Assembly (NCBI RefSeq): GCF_030028105.1
Contig: NC_092384.1
Location: 54,815,553 to 54,873,285, forward strand
DNA: 57,733 nt
Direction of reading: 5' to 3'
Source of the DNA: Mobula birostris
Lineage: Eukaryota
Position numbers and translations under genes: made by a program. Below the pieces are notes generated by a model. It searched no databases, was not told where the DNA came from, and saw only the letters and a list, made by a program, of their open reading frames with translations. This document shows positions 39,490 to 52,551 of the stretch, one piece after another. Position 1 is the stretch's first letter, and each line of letters starts with the position of its first letter.

Positions 39490-39846
39490 TAAAGCAGTAG
39501 GCATAATCGAAGACCCTATCCACCCCAGACATTATCTCTTCTCCCCTCTCTCATCGGGCAGAAGATACAATAAAAACACGTAGACAAGGCTCAAGGACAT
39601 ACCTCGCCCTTATAAACTATCAAATGATTCCCTAGTATGATAAGAAGGACTCTTGACCTCCCAATCTACCTCGTTATGACCTTATTGTCCACCCGCACTG
39701 CATCTCCTCTGTAGATGTTACACTTTAGTCTGCATTCTCTTACTCGTACTACCTCAACGTACTGTGTAACAAGTTGATCTGTACGCAAGACAAGCTTCTT
39801 ATTAAATCTTGGATCATGTGTCAAGAAACCTAAATCTAAACAATTT
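39490..39846 (+). mobile_element. Rex1/Babar-related LINE 3' end
   Basis: gaccctatccaccccagacattatctcttctcccctctctcatcgggcagaagatac encodes a DPxHPxHxLFSPLxSGRRY-like RT C-terminus, followed by UTR. Confidence 0.7.
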
Positions 39847-40224
39847 AGGAAGAGTGAAAGAGACAGTTCTGAAAAGACACTTTTGAAGAACAGCAGAGAA
39901 AAAGATGAAAGCATGTAACTATATGGGGTACTGTCATCACACTACAGACCTTATACGCTATTCGAATCAATGGAAAGGATTAAATTAGGGGGCAAATTAG
40001 AGGGAGTCACAATGGAGCAGTTAGCTCAAAACTGTATTGGACACTGCCCGGGAACAGATTTTAAGCCTTCGGTCTTTTTTCCCCACCATGTACTTAGCAA
40101 ATTTCCCCTTAAACACATCCATGCCATGATTTTTGAAAGCAAGTTCGACATCGCTATCACTCTTTGGAAAAGACATTTCATCTGGATTTGTTGTTGAATT
40201 TATTTGGGACTCGCTCATACCTAT

Positions 40225-40480
40225 GCAACCATAGACCATAAGATAAAGGTCCAGAATTAGCCCATTGAGTCAGAATTAGCCCATTGAGTCAGAATTAGCC
40301 CATTAAATATACATACAGACTTGGCCTCCACAGCTGCCTGTGGCAAAGAATTCCACAGAGTCACCACGCTCTGGCTAAAGAAACTCCTCCTCATTTCTGT
40401 TCTAAAAGGACACCCCTCTATTCTGAGGCTGTGTCCCAGGTTTGTTTTCTCTTGCAAGTGGAAACATCACTTTTTAAATC
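40225..40480 (-). mobile_element. CR1 LINE 3' fragment
   Basis: GHSLRIEGCPFRTEMRRSFFSQSVVTLWNSLPQAAVEA. Confidence 0.85.
40252..40304. repeat. 19-bp tandem repeat x2.8 inside a CR1 tail
   Basis: cagaattagcccattgagt at 40252 and 40271, with a partial copy at 40290. Confidence 0.95.
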
Positions 40481-43004
40481 TATCCCTTCAAACTTTTCCA
40501 TAACCAAAAAGATATCGATCAGATCATCTCGCGATCTTCAGGAAAGAATCACATCTTTTTTATTTTATAATACAGAGCGATCACAACTGGGCAGAATCCC
40601 CAGAAGTAGTCTGTTGGAAGTTTAATTCCAGAATCAACAAAATCTTTTGTCTTCAGGACTTGTCAAAACATTTTATGACTTTAATATGACTTCACTACTT
40701 TAAGTGACTTTTATTTGTGTCATTAGATCCTTTTGGGACTTATTACCTGAGGAATATTTGACCTTCATTTCTTTTTACCAAACTACACTGCATTCCATTG
40801 TTATATGGGTGACTCATCCATGTAAGAGAGAAACAAAACACAGAGCAACTTTATCAGAACACACCAAGTCTGCACAAGTTTCTTAAACTTTGGATTTGAA
40901 CCTACCACCTGCCATTTAATACTCCCAAACCAACAGAATGTATGATGAAGCAAGGAAGAGCTTTTCAATAGTTTGTGAATTGAAGGGTTAAATAAATAGC
41001 GAAATCCTGTTCTGCAGCTAATGCCCATTGAAGGCATCTCCAATGTGAATCTGACAGAGAAAGAAGTCCTGCCAAATTCAACAGTGCTCATGTGAAATTG
41101 AAGTTCTATAGAAACAAACAGGCCAACATACAAATTATGAGCAAAAATGAAGCAATATTTTTTCCCACACTTTTTTTTCTTGCACACATGTAGAAATGCA
41201 CATGCGTGGGAAACTAAGATGGGTTACCGCAGCTCTCCAAGGCAGAGTAAGTAAAAAAGAACGTGAAAAAGAGAGAGAACTAAAGAGACTAAACACAGGG
41301 ATATTCATTTGCTGGCATATTTTCCAGTGAAATATTTATAAATGGTAAGTTGTCTAGAAATCTAAAAAATTTGTACTATTTCCAAACATTTAAGACACTA
41401 ATATTACACGTTTTGTGAAAAGTATACAGTTGCTATCTGTATGGGTTTAATTCACCTGGTTTGTATAAAAGTTTCAAAAATTTGTTTTACTTTGTGCGGC
41501 TGAACTACAACTGCAGTAACAATGAAGGATTTGTAAGTGAGAGGAAGAGGTAGCTTCAGGTGACTATTAACATAACGTGGATTTCCCACTTCCCCCTCCA
41601 TTTTCAATCAATATTTCTTATGATATATCAGCATGCACAAATGGAGTCTGTGGTTTAAAACATTTATTCATGTTTTAGTGCTATTAGAAACTCAGAAGCT
41701 ACAAATTTACGAAGAATAGGTTCTGATTATTAGTTCTGCAGGTATGGAAAAGGGAGAACAAGCGCTAAATTCTTGAGGATTTAAATAAGGATTGAGAAGG
41801 AACTAGATTGTAATTTGGATATACGCAATCACCAGAATAACTCTTCCCAAGTGGTTAATAAAATATAAAGATAGGTTGGCATATTGAATGGATTTCTCAC
41901 AAGGCATTTCTCTGGTCAAGAGCATTAGCTTTAACAGAGTATGTTCTTTTTAAAGCAAATACTGTCAACAGTTCTTGCTATACTATTTTTATTCCATGGA
42001 ATATGTATTCAGTTTTAGAACACTATGTTCATTCCCATATTTGGATAAAGCAGAATATGCTTAAAATCTCAGTAGTCATTTTTCTTTCACCCACTCATAA
42101 GAAACAATTGCTAAATGTTCCCTTAGCAACCAGCTGGTTACTAATGAACCTAACTATATTAACCTTGCAGTCATTTAAATTACAGAAGAAATTATAAGTC
42201 TTTTTGATTTACCAACTCATCACTTATATTCTTATTTTCTATCTTATTCTGTGTAATGCTACAGCCTAATGATTTTTGTTGTATTTACTCTGGGACTCGA
42301 GTCATTTGGTTAAGCATGGTTACAGAGCAATTATCACTTTAAAGGGACCTAATGCCTCTCCAATTTTTGTCTCATTATACCCTTCTACATCTATACATAT
42401 GGTTTACTCTGAGGGCTTGAATGAGTAGAGAAGGGTCAAATAAGGACAACCTCAAAGATACTGCCAATGTTCCTGTCCATCTATCCGTGCCAGTGTTGAA
42501 ATGCTTCTCCAACAAAATCTATTCACTAAATATATCTGTCTCACTCAAATTAACAGGAGATTGCTTCATTGGCCTGGGTTTTGATATACTGACAAAGCAT
42601 TGCTATTTGTTCTTGACCTTAAAGAAATCAGACCCTAAAACTTCAGAGGAATCTCTGCTATACTTCTCTCACTTCCAGAAGTCAAGAACCTTCTGCAGGC
42701 ATCTGTGGAAAGTAGCTACAATGATATCATTAAACTGGCAGCATAGCCAGTCATATACAACAGGAAAACTATCAAATTTTCATCCAATTCTAGAACTATT
42801 TAACAAAATCAAACTAGGGATTACAACATTCAAATATATACAGGTGAACCTGAAATATGAAACAACTAAAGTTTATTATAGTCATAGACTCTATGATTCT
42901 ACAACACTTTATGATCTTAAATTCACTAAATTCTGACATTTTTTTTGATAATTTTCAGAATTGATGAGGTCGGTCAACAGTATTCATGGTCTACTACGCT
43001 GCTA

Positions 43005-43262
43005 AATCAAAGCTCAAAGTTCAAAGTATGTACATATCACCATATACATTTTCATGCGTGCACTCACAGCAGAACAAAGAAACACGATAGTATCAATGAA
43101 AAACTATCACAAAGGCTGACAAACACCCACTGTGCAAAAGAAGACAAACCGTGCAAATACAAAAAAAGTGATAATAATAAATAAGTAAATAAATAATATT
43201 GAGAACATGAGTTGTAGAGGCCTTGAAAGTGAGTCCATATTTGTGGAATCTGTTCAGAGCTG
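43005..43262 (-). mobile_element. Retroposon 3' tail fragment (Rex1/Babar-type)
   Basis: tcaaagttcaaag...gtgcaaa...aataaataatattgagaacatgagttgtagaggccttgaaagtgagtccata is reverse-complementary to 30208-30449. Confidence 0.75.
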
Positions 43263-43393
43263 ATGCCACCAGAACATCAGACATCATTTAACAAAAATAC
43301 AAGAAATTCTGCAGATGCTGGAAATCCAAAGCAACACAGATAAAATGCTGGAAGAACTCAGCAGGTCAGCCAGCATTCGTGGAAATGAATAAA

Positions 43394-43430
43394 GAGTCGA
43401 TGTTTCAGGCCGAGATCTTCTTCAAGACTG
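43394..43430 (-). ncRNA. Mutated hammerhead motif in the PLE terminus (probably inactive)
   Basis: Minus strand reads cagtc-TTGAAGA-agatctcggcct-GAAA-C-ATC-gactc. Core C3 is changed to U, and the helix III palindrome is lost (ACAU). Confidence 0.6.
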
Positions 43431-43577
43431 GGAAGGAAGGGGGAAGGTGCCAGAATAAAAAGGTGGGAGGTGGGAAGGGAGGATAGCTGGAAAGTGACAG
43501 GTGAAGTCAGGCAGGTGGAAAAGGTAACGGGCTGGAGAGGAAATCTGATAGAAGAAAAGAGTGGACATTAGGATAAA

Positions 43578-44199
43578 TAGACAACAGACAACAGGTGCAG
43601 GAGTATGCTATTTGGCCCTTTGAGCCAGCACTGCCATTCACTGCGATCATGGCTGATCATCCACAATCAGCACCCAGTTCCTGCCTTCTCCCCATATTCC
43701 TTGACTCCGTTATCTTTAAGTGCTCCATCTAATTCTTTCTTGAAAGCATCCAGAGAATTGGCCTCCACTGCCCTCTGAGGCAGAGCATTCCACAGATCCA
43801 CAACTCTCTGGGTGAAAAAGTTTTTCCGCAACTCCGTTCTAAATGGCCTACCACTAATTCTTAAACTGTGGCCTCTGGTTCTGGACTCCCCCAACATCGG
43901 GAACATGTTTTCTGCCTCTAGCATGTCCAATCCCTTAATAATCTTACATGTTTCAATCAGGTCCCCTCTCATCCTTCTAGATTCCAGTGTATACAAGCCC
44001 AGTCGCTCCTACCTTTCAACATATGACAGTCCCGCCATCCCGGGAATTAACCTCGTGAAACTACGCTGCGCTCCCTCAATAGCAAGAATGTCCCTCCTCA
44101 AATTTGGAGACCAAAACTGTACATAATACTCCAGGTGTGGTCTTACCTGTACAACTGCAGAAGGACCTCTTTGCTCCTATACTCAACTCCCCTTGTTCT
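43578..44199 (-). mobile_element. CR1 LINE 3' fragment nested inside the PLE
   Basis: ORF 43667..43996 reads YTLESRRMRGDLIET...SRTRGHSLRI.GRPFRTELRKNFFTQRVVDLWNALP; (agacaac)n tail. Confidence 0.92.
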
Positions 44200-44798
44200 G
44201 AAAGGGAAGGAGGAGGGAACTCGAGGGGAGGTGATAGGCAGGTGAGAAGAGGTAAGAGGCCTGAGTGGGCAACAGAAGAAGAGGGGAGGGAGAGGAAAAC
44301 ATTTTTACTGTAAAGAGAAATCAATATTCGTGTCATCAGGTATTCTGTCTACCCTGACAGAATACAAGGTGTTGTTCCCCTATCCTGAGGGTGGCCTCAT
44401 CCTGATACAAGTGGAGGCCATGTCAGAGCAGGAACGGGAATTGGAATTAATATGTTCGGCTACTGGGAAGCTCTGCTTTTGGTGGACCGAGTGGAGATAC
44501 TCGATGAAGCGGTCCCCCAATTTACGACAGATCACAATGACATAAAGGAGGCTGCATCGGGCGTACTGGATACAATAGACAACCCCGGAAGGTTCGTAGG
44601 TGAAGCATTTTCTCACCTGTAAGGACTGTCTGGGAACTTGAATGGCGGTGAGCGAGGAGGTGATGGGCAGGTGAGCAGTTTGTCTGCTTGCAATGATAAA
44701 TGCCAGCAGGGAGATTAGTTGGGAGAGACAAAAGGACAAGGGAGCGATCCTGGCAGAAAGTGGAACATGAGGGAGGGTGGGGAGGTAAAGATGTGTTG

Positions 44799-45082
44799 AT
44801 TTATTTATTGAGATACAGCACAGATCAGGCCTTTCCAGCCCTTTGAGGCACACCGCCCAATGACCCCAATTTAACCCTAGCACTATCACAGGACAACTCA
44901 CAATGACCAACTAAACTACCAATGGTATGTCTTTGGACTGTGGGAGGAAACTACAGCACCCAAAGGAAACCCACACAGTCATGGGGAGAACATACAAACT
45001 CCTTACAGGCAGCAGGGGAAATTGAACCCGGGTTGCTGGTATCGTAAAGGGTTGTGCTAACCCCTGTGCTATTATGTGGCCC
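44799..45082 (-). mobile_element. tRNA-derived SINE nested in the PLE
   Basis: atttatttattgagatacagc...tgtgggaggaaac...aattgaacccggg. Confidence 0.85.
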
Positions 45083-45539
45083 CTATCCCTGTAACCATGC
45101 TAGAAAAGGGAATCGCATTTTTGCAGAACACAGGGTGGGAAGATGAGAATACAGTCAAGGTGGGAATTGGTAGGAATCGTGCGAATCAGTAGGTTCATAA
45201 AGGATGACAGTCGACAGTTTGTCTCCAGATATGGAGACAGAGATTGAGAAAGGAGGTGGAGTTGTCAGAAATGGACCAAGTGAATTAAAGGGCAGGGTGA
45301 AGTTGGAGGCAAAGTTGATGAAATTGGTGAGATCAGCACGGGTGCATAAAGCAGCACAATTGCAGTCGTCAATGTAGTGCAGGAAGAGTGGGGGGGGGCG
45401 CGTTACCAGGGAAGGCTCAAAACATGGGCTGCTCCACGTAGCCAACAAAAGGCAGTCATAGCTGGGTCCTATGCCAGTGCTCTTGGCTCATTTAAGATTG
45501 GGATACACAAATACATTGAAATCTACCTAGAAGTTAAAT

Positions 45540-46300
45540 GGTGGCATGGCAGCAGAGTTAGGCAATTTGGTCCATTGAATCTGCTCCTGCATTCCATTAT
45601 GGCTGATTTATTATCCCTCTCAACCCCATTCCCCTGCCTTCTCCCCAAAACCTCCAACAGCCTTACTAATCAAGAAACCATCAAACTCCACTTCAACTAC
45701 TGTATACCTACGACTTGGTGTCCACACCCATCTGTGGCAATGAATTCCACAAGTTCACTACCTTCTGTCTAAAGAAATTCCTCTTCATCTCTGTTCTGAA
45801 GGGACATCCTTGTATTCTGAAGCTGTGCCCTCTGGTCCTAGACTCCCCCACTATAGGAAACATCCTTTCCATGTCCAAACTATTACCAATATTCAATAGG
45901 TTTCAATGAGATATCCCTCATTTTTGTAAACTCCAGTAAGTATAGGCCCAGCGATATCAAATGCTCCTCATACATTTCCAGAAACTTGTTTTGGACCCTC
46001 TCCAATGCCAGTACATCCTTTCTTAAGTAAGAGGCTCAAAACTGCTCACAATACTCCAAATGTGGTTTGACCAATGCCCTATAAAGCCTCAGCATTACAC
46101 ACTTGCTTTTATAGTCTAAGTGAATGCTTAGACTGCATTTGCCTTCCTTACTACTGACCCAACCCGCAAGTTAACCTTTAGGGAATCCTCATAAAGACTC
46201 CTAAGCCTCTTGGTACCTCTGATTTCTGAATTTGCTCCCTGTTTTGAAAATAGTCTATGCTTTGATTCCTTCTTCAAAAGTGCCTGGCCATACACTTGTC
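45540..46300 (-). mobile_element. CR1 LINE 3' fragment
   Basis: ERMFPIVGESRTRGHSFRIQGCPFRTEMKRNFFRQKVVNLWNSLP and DSLKVNLRVGSVVRKAN. Confidence 0.88.
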
Positions 46301-49300
46301 TACACTGAACATAGAAATCCCAGGGCATCTGTATAACTTGCTGTTTCTTAAAGTTTGTCAACTGCAGCATTAAACGCTGCGTCAGGACAAGTTCCGACCA
46401 GAATTGAGAATAATAGTGTTACTGATATCATACATCTAACAATGTATGCATTCCAATTCATATGAGAATTAAATAGATGTTAAAAATTAGTTACAGCGAT
46501 CAATTTTTAATTATTGTGAAGAAACACGGGTTATACAAGCCCATGCAATAACACATTGGCACTAATCACGTAAACTTCTACAGGCGTCTACATTAAAATG
46601 TAATTAACTCTTTGTACTCTTGCTAAGACATAGCAACATTTATTACCTCAATTCAAAAAACATTGATAAGCCACCCAAAAGTATAATTATTATTTCAATC
46701 AAATGTGTATGTGTAATAAATCAAAGTACACAGGTTTGAAAGCCCACGAGTATTAAACAGTTACCAAAACTGCATGAAACCACTAAGAATAAAGTTGTTA
46801 CAAAGTCAAAGTATTTTAGATGTTATTACAATTTGGATTATTCTGCGACCATCTATATATCTGTATAATTTTTTACATTATGCCTAATTAAACCAAGGAG
46901 CACCTGAGCCCAATTTTGCAACCTCTTTTTGCTTTCTTTTTCCCCTATTTTGGAACTGTGCCAGCTTTACCACAGGGGAACTGGAAACCCCACCAAGCAA
47001 CATTGGTCCTATTTTCCAGAAGCCCTATTACCAAGAGATTCTTTCTAACAATACCACTGAAAATAAAACAAGAATCCAGATCCTACCACGAGCTCAATGG
47101 CAGATGTCATGAGATTCAATGCAATGCGTTAAAATATGCTCGGGCACTATGATCTTTTTAATCACTTTGCAGGAGATTACATTTAATGTATTATAATGTG
47201 CTCTGGCAGGAATCCAAGTCCAATATTCTTGTAAGAGCATGTTAATAATACAGGACCATGGCTCATTCTCCCCCTACTGAGAGCTACTGTAGCAAACAGG
47301 GGGAAAGCGCTGCGATTATCAGAGGGAAAATTTTTTGAATCTATAAAAAAATGAAGTAGTGTATAATTTTTGAGTTGCTATGTAATGGAATTGGTGGGAT
47401 AGGGAATCAAAATGCTACAGTGAGGACAGAGCTGTGTTTTTAAATAGTATTATGGACCATATTACTTTTTCCAATAAATTTATGTTCTCTTGTTTTGAAA
47501 CCTTAACTCCTGGCAAACTCTGCCCCCAACCAACACTTCCAAAATGGATTTTTAATTGTACTGACCTGCTCTAGTCCAATACAGCTTCTATATTCTGTTT
47601 TTTTTACTAAATACAACATTACCACAACAGTCACCAACCAAGGACAAATTTTAACTGTGCCTTGGTTAAAGTTTAAAAAAAACAGCAAACAAACAAGTAC
47701 TTGACTGATAGAACTGGGGGCTATATGGCCAATTTGTGATTTCTTATGAAATTTACTTTTTGGCAAATAAAACAGCTAATTATTAGGAGAGTGTCACTAA
47801 ATCATTGGGTGAAGTGTTATCTTGATTACAATGAAGGGTGGGATGAAACATCCAGCTTAAGATATAGTTCAAAAGCCTTGCCCAGGCACACATAACAAAT
47901 ATTTTAAATCTGAAAATATTCAAGCACTGTACAGCAGTTCCTTATTAAAATAAACTATCAATGCTTGGTAAACTTTCTATGAATTATTTCTAACCCAAGA
48001 TTAGACTATAAGAGCTTATGATTTGTGCAGTATATTAGGAATACACATTACATCGTGATTGTGGCTTCTTGGTTGTAGCATTATAGTGCCAGACGTTCAA
48101 TTAGAGACCTTGACTCTGAAACCTAGCTTCTACGTATTTAACTGGTCCTCAGCCAATCCCTTTGATGGTACGTGGTACACCCTGTCGTACACAGTGCTCC
48201 ATCCTGGGACAAATGATAGAAATAATGGGTAATATTTCAGCCTGGACTGCTTTACCTCAAATTATTCGAAGTACTAGAGCTGCCAGCTGCTTATACTCTT
48301 CTTGCCCTGATGCACTCCCATGTGTAAGCACCAAGCAGTTTAACAGGAGGCAATAGTTGCTGAGACAAAAACCTAGAATCCATGTCATATAGCACAGAAA
48401 ATTGTCCACCCATACAGAATAGTTAGCCTTGGCACAATAATAGTCTTATCCCGTCCGATGGTATCCAGCTCAACTCACAAGACAAAGGCACCATACTAAC
48501 AACGAACAAGCAGGTGTCGCCATTTTAACTTCAACTAATTCTTTTCAAGTGTGATACCAATTCAAGAGTCTCTTCTTTCAGGTAAAGGTATGTCTTTAAT
48601 GGTTGCTCCAGTTTGCAAATCAACAATAAACAGAGTAAAACAAACTATCAGGTCTTTTATTTCAAAGCAGTTTGTGGAACCTTGATGTTGTCACCTAGGG
48701 TGCTACATATATATGCTTTAGAACAGTGACTTAATGCTGGAATTATTTCATTATTGGTGAAGTACTTAGATGAAAGATTTTATATTGCTTATTGCAGAGA
48801 TATTTCAATCGATAACAAACAACATTTGTACAAGAGCAAATATCCAAATTATTTGCTGGTCCTAGATAATTCTGCTTTCTGCATGAAACTATACACTGTG
48901 CGACATGGAGAATAATAAATAAGCATCTTTACTGCTACCTTGGTATTTAGTAGAAAATATATTCATATGTGTGACTCATTATAGATTACAGTTTATAGAA
49001 GTCTGTATATGACCTCTCACTCTCTTTATTCCTATAGTAAAATGTCCTTAAAATTATTGGTTTGAGAGTGATTTCTAAAATCTACCTTATACAGAAACTT
49101 GTGGAATTGAGGTAGTGTTTGTAAGTCTACACTTATTGATCATTTCCATTTCTCTGATGATGATGATGGTAATTTCCTTTACAGGGCTTCCCTGGCCTAT
49201 GACATTTGAGTCAGTTTAGGTGAGATACAGTAGCTATGGCAGATTCCCTTCCTGAAATTTCATTTTAAATAAACTAAAATGCAATATAATGTATGGCTCT

Positions 49301-49355
49301 CCCATAGACCTCAATGAAGCTGAAGTATTTTCAGTTTGTTATATGGCCATACTCA

Positions 49356-49508
49356 NNNNNNNNNNNNNNNNNNNNNNNNNNNNNNNNNNNNNNNNNNNNN
49401 NNNNNNNNNNNNNNNNNNNNNNNNNNNNNNNNNNNNNNNNNNNNNNNNNNNNNNNNNNNNNNNNNNNNNNNNNNNNNNNNNNNNNNNNNNNNNNNNNNNN
49501 NNNNNNNN
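49356..49508. other. Assembly gap (153 N)
   Basis: Run of N. Confidence 1.
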
Positions 49509-49537
49509 TTTTAAAAACATTTCTTGTGTCAGAACCA

Positions 49538-49600
49538 GCCAGTCCTGATGAAAGGTCATCGGTCTGTTAAGTTGACTCTCTGTACTCTCTGTTGAAGCAC
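49538..49600 (+). mobile_element. Old PLE terminal fragment with decayed hammerhead
   Basis: agtcCTGATGAaaggtcatcggtctgttaagttgactc keeps stem I (agtc/gact) and the core but has lost GAAA. Confidence 0.5.
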
Positions 49601-50165
49601 AGTTCAAACTTTGTTTTTTTTTGTTCTCTCTCCTCATTCATCTCCACTACTTACACCCCTTCCAGAGTGCTGTTAACAAGCCTTCTATCACCTGGTGACA
49701 ACATCAATGTGTCATCAGTTTCTCTTGACGTATATCCTATCATTCAGACATTCTGTTTACTCCATCCTCCACCCCCATTTTGCCACAATTAAAATATACT
49801 TGCTTTCTTACTTATTACAACACAGAGGGTCATCAGGTCTGAGCCACCACACAGTGGAGCAATCTCATCAGTTTCATTCTCCCTCTTCATATTTCCTTAT
49901 AACTCTGCAAATTATTCTCTCTCATATGCCCATCAACTCTTCTTTAATTCTTTTCCCATGTAATTACACCAACGGATAATTTGAAAAAAAAATGAATTAA
50001 ACTATAGCATGCCTCTGGGATGCAGGAAGAAACTGGAGCACTCAGTGAAAACCAACACAATCAAAGTGAAAATGTACCAACTCCAAACAGATTGCAACTG
50101 AAAGAATGGTTCTTAACCCCCTCCGTCACTATGTCACTCATTGTGACACAGATTCTAAACTTTCC

Positions 50166-50290
50166 TGATTCTGATTAAAGTTCATCAACCTGAAATATGA
50201 ACTCTATTTTTTCTCTCCACAGTTGCTGCCTGACTGGCTGAGTATTTCTAGCATTTTAATTTTTTTTTGTTTCTGTATTGCAGATTCTTC
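50166..50290 (+). mobile_element. Old PLE terminal fragment with decayed hammerhead
   Basis: ttCTGATTAaagttcatcaacctGAAAtatgaactc...tctctccacagttgctgcctgactggctgagtatttctagcatttt. Confidence 0.55.
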
Positions 50291-50780
50291 TTTTCATTAA
50301 TGACAAATATATTGACAAGGACGTTGAGGTAACTTTTCAATCCTGTGATTTTTAAATGCTAAGACTCGCCCACAGACCAGTATAAGAGAAAAGTGTGTCT
50401 GATCTCTAATATCCCAGCTGTACTTGGAAATTTAATTACTTTGGAAGAACATGGGCGCTTGTTAAATGCAGATACACTTAAAAAAAAAGTTAATGATATA
50501 AAGAGATGCCATGGATTTGGCGAAGATGTCCAAGGTAATAATGATAATTTAACAAAATATGCAGAGAAAGTCTTCTATTAGATGAACATTTTCTTTTCCC
50601 ACAGTAGCTCATGAGGCAAATATGAAATCTTGTAATTCTCTCAAACGTTTTTTTTTAAATCCTTAAGAGAGGAATACTAACATAACAAGGAGGTGAAGCA
50701 CACCAAGTACAATTTTACATTCACAGAAGGTAAACTATGCTGTACTGAAACTTGCTGTAAAGCCCTTTGTTTGTTTAGTT

Positions 50781-50880
50781 ACTTAGAAACGTAGAAAACC
50801 TACAGCACAATACTTCAGCCCACAAAGTTGTGCCAAATATGTCCCTACTTTAGAAACTACTAGGCTTACCCATAGCCCTC
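50781..50880 (-). mobile_element. CR1 3' tail (same subfamily as 31380-31493)
   Basis: tagaaaacctacagcacaatac...ttacccatagccctc is the reverse complement of the 31395-31490 tail. Confidence 0.75.
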
Positions 50881-51175
50881 TTTTATTATTTATTACTTTT
50901 ATTTAGAGATACAGTACAGAACAGGCCTTTGAGCCCAATGAACCACATCGCCCAGCAACCCACCTACTTAACCATAGCCTAATCACAGGAACATTTACAA
51001 TGGCCATTTAACCTACAATGGTACATCTTTGGAATGTGGGAGGAAACTGGAGCACCCAGAGGAATCCATGCATTCCCATGAAAACTTTATACACAGGATG
51101 TCAGAATTGAACTCTGAACTCCAACATCCCGAGCTCTAATAGGGTCTTGCTAACTGCTACGTTATCGTGGCAGCC
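50881..51175 (-). mobile_element. tRNA-derived SINE (same family)
   Basis: tttatttagagatacag...tgtgggaggaaactggagcaccc...gaattgaactc. Confidence 0.8.
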
Positions 51176-52551
51176 CATATGCATATCCAAGGGGTTAAAA
51201 TTATTAAAATGTAAACAAATAACAGTGACAATGGAACAGGCTGAAGTGGGCTGTCCAAGTTACTTTTTCCTTGAAAGCTCACACACGAGTATTTTATTTA
51301 CTGACAGGCCAACTCCAACCATTCTCCACTCTTCATAAATATTGAGAAATACCAAAGTGTAGGGAGGTACTTTCTCAATATTTGCAGACATGTATAAATA
51401 TCTGGTTGGTCTTTTTTCAGTCAAACTTTTCATGTTCATATAAAACAGCCATTATAAAACTGGCAACAGCACTGGATTGCCAGAGACTGAGGCCCGTTAA
51501 CTGGTGAATGTACTTTCACCCAAGAAAAGCTGTTGAATGGCATCAATTACAGTCTTGTGCCATAAATTATTCAAACTCAAATTACATGGCATTGTAAAAG
51601 TGGATTAGAGCCCGTAGATCAGGTTCATCTCTGATTGGTAGGGCTGGGATTGTTTGCTCAAGGCTACTATCTAAACAGGTCAAAGAGACGCAAAGACCCT
51701 TAATAGAATTGCTTCTAATTATTATACTGCATCAATAATCTTTCATTACCAACTCATTCCATTTTATTCCTATGCAGATGAAACATGTAAATATGAAATC
51801 TCCAACCACCCCCCTTCCTTTTACACGTTACTGAGAACTCTACTAACTAACATAGCAAGTGATACATGAATGTTGCTTTTTAAATAATATACAAATTACA
51901 GTGCCACCCAGTCTCATAATCAAATTTCACATTAAAATTAATGGGCAACTTGTTGATAAAGGAAAGTCAGCCTAATTTACTGGAGACATTTTCGGAGAAA
52001 ATCTCAGTTACATTACAAAAACTGGTTTCAACATTTTTTTTTATAAATCGACAGCTTTTGATGTCATCTTTAAAACATAACAGTTTTTTTTAAAACCTTT
52101 GTTATTTTCACTTTATTTCCTGTCTGTCCATATGGCCAATTTAGATTAAACTGTACAATAGAGGTCAATGTATCCCTTTTTTAATACTGATTTTGGTTTA
52201 CATCACTGCTATTAATTTATAGACCATAACATCTCATGTTTTTATGAGAAGTGCAATATCTTACTTCATTCTGAATTTATACTGTATAAATTAAAATGCA
52301 ACCATGGACATGTTCTAGAACAGTTATCACAAGAAAAGCTTTGGAAACTTGCTCAATTCAAGGACAAGGCCTATCAAACCGAATGTTCACTTCTCAGTGA
52401 AAACAACCACCTAATGACTTTACTCTCTGTGATTTGTAAACAGGTGCTTGAAAAGCATTTCCTGAGCGATTGAAACAGATGTATTTATATATCAATAGTC
52501 ATAAAAATTTAAGTGGAAAATACTTGAAATAATGAAGTTATTATCTATTAC

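Larger units (their letters stand above)
43293..45490 (-). mobile_element. Degraded Penelope-like retroelement (RT + GIY-YIG endonuclease + hammerhead-bearing terminus), interrupted by a CR1 and a SINE
   Basis: ORF 45155..45448 has FLHYIDD...LTNFINFASNF...SVSISGDKLST..YEPTDSH (PLE RT). ORF 44380..44910 has FTYEPSGVVYCIQYARCSLLYV...KLGDRFIEYLHSV...PVAEHINS (GIY-YIG). The terminus 43293-43430 is homologous to the 25 kb palindrome arms. Confidence 0.88.

Noticed and set aside
40252-40304. CRISPR-like repeats (also 15167-15248)
   Set aside because: They are head-to-tail duplications without spacers, in vertebrate DNA with no cas genes.
42421-42936. 171-aa ORF (similarly 23389..23787 and other short intronic ORFs)
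   Set aside because: They are AT-rich with no domain signature or splice support, and are expected by chance.
49289-49637. ORFs containing runs of X
   Set aside because: They are artefacts of the N gap.
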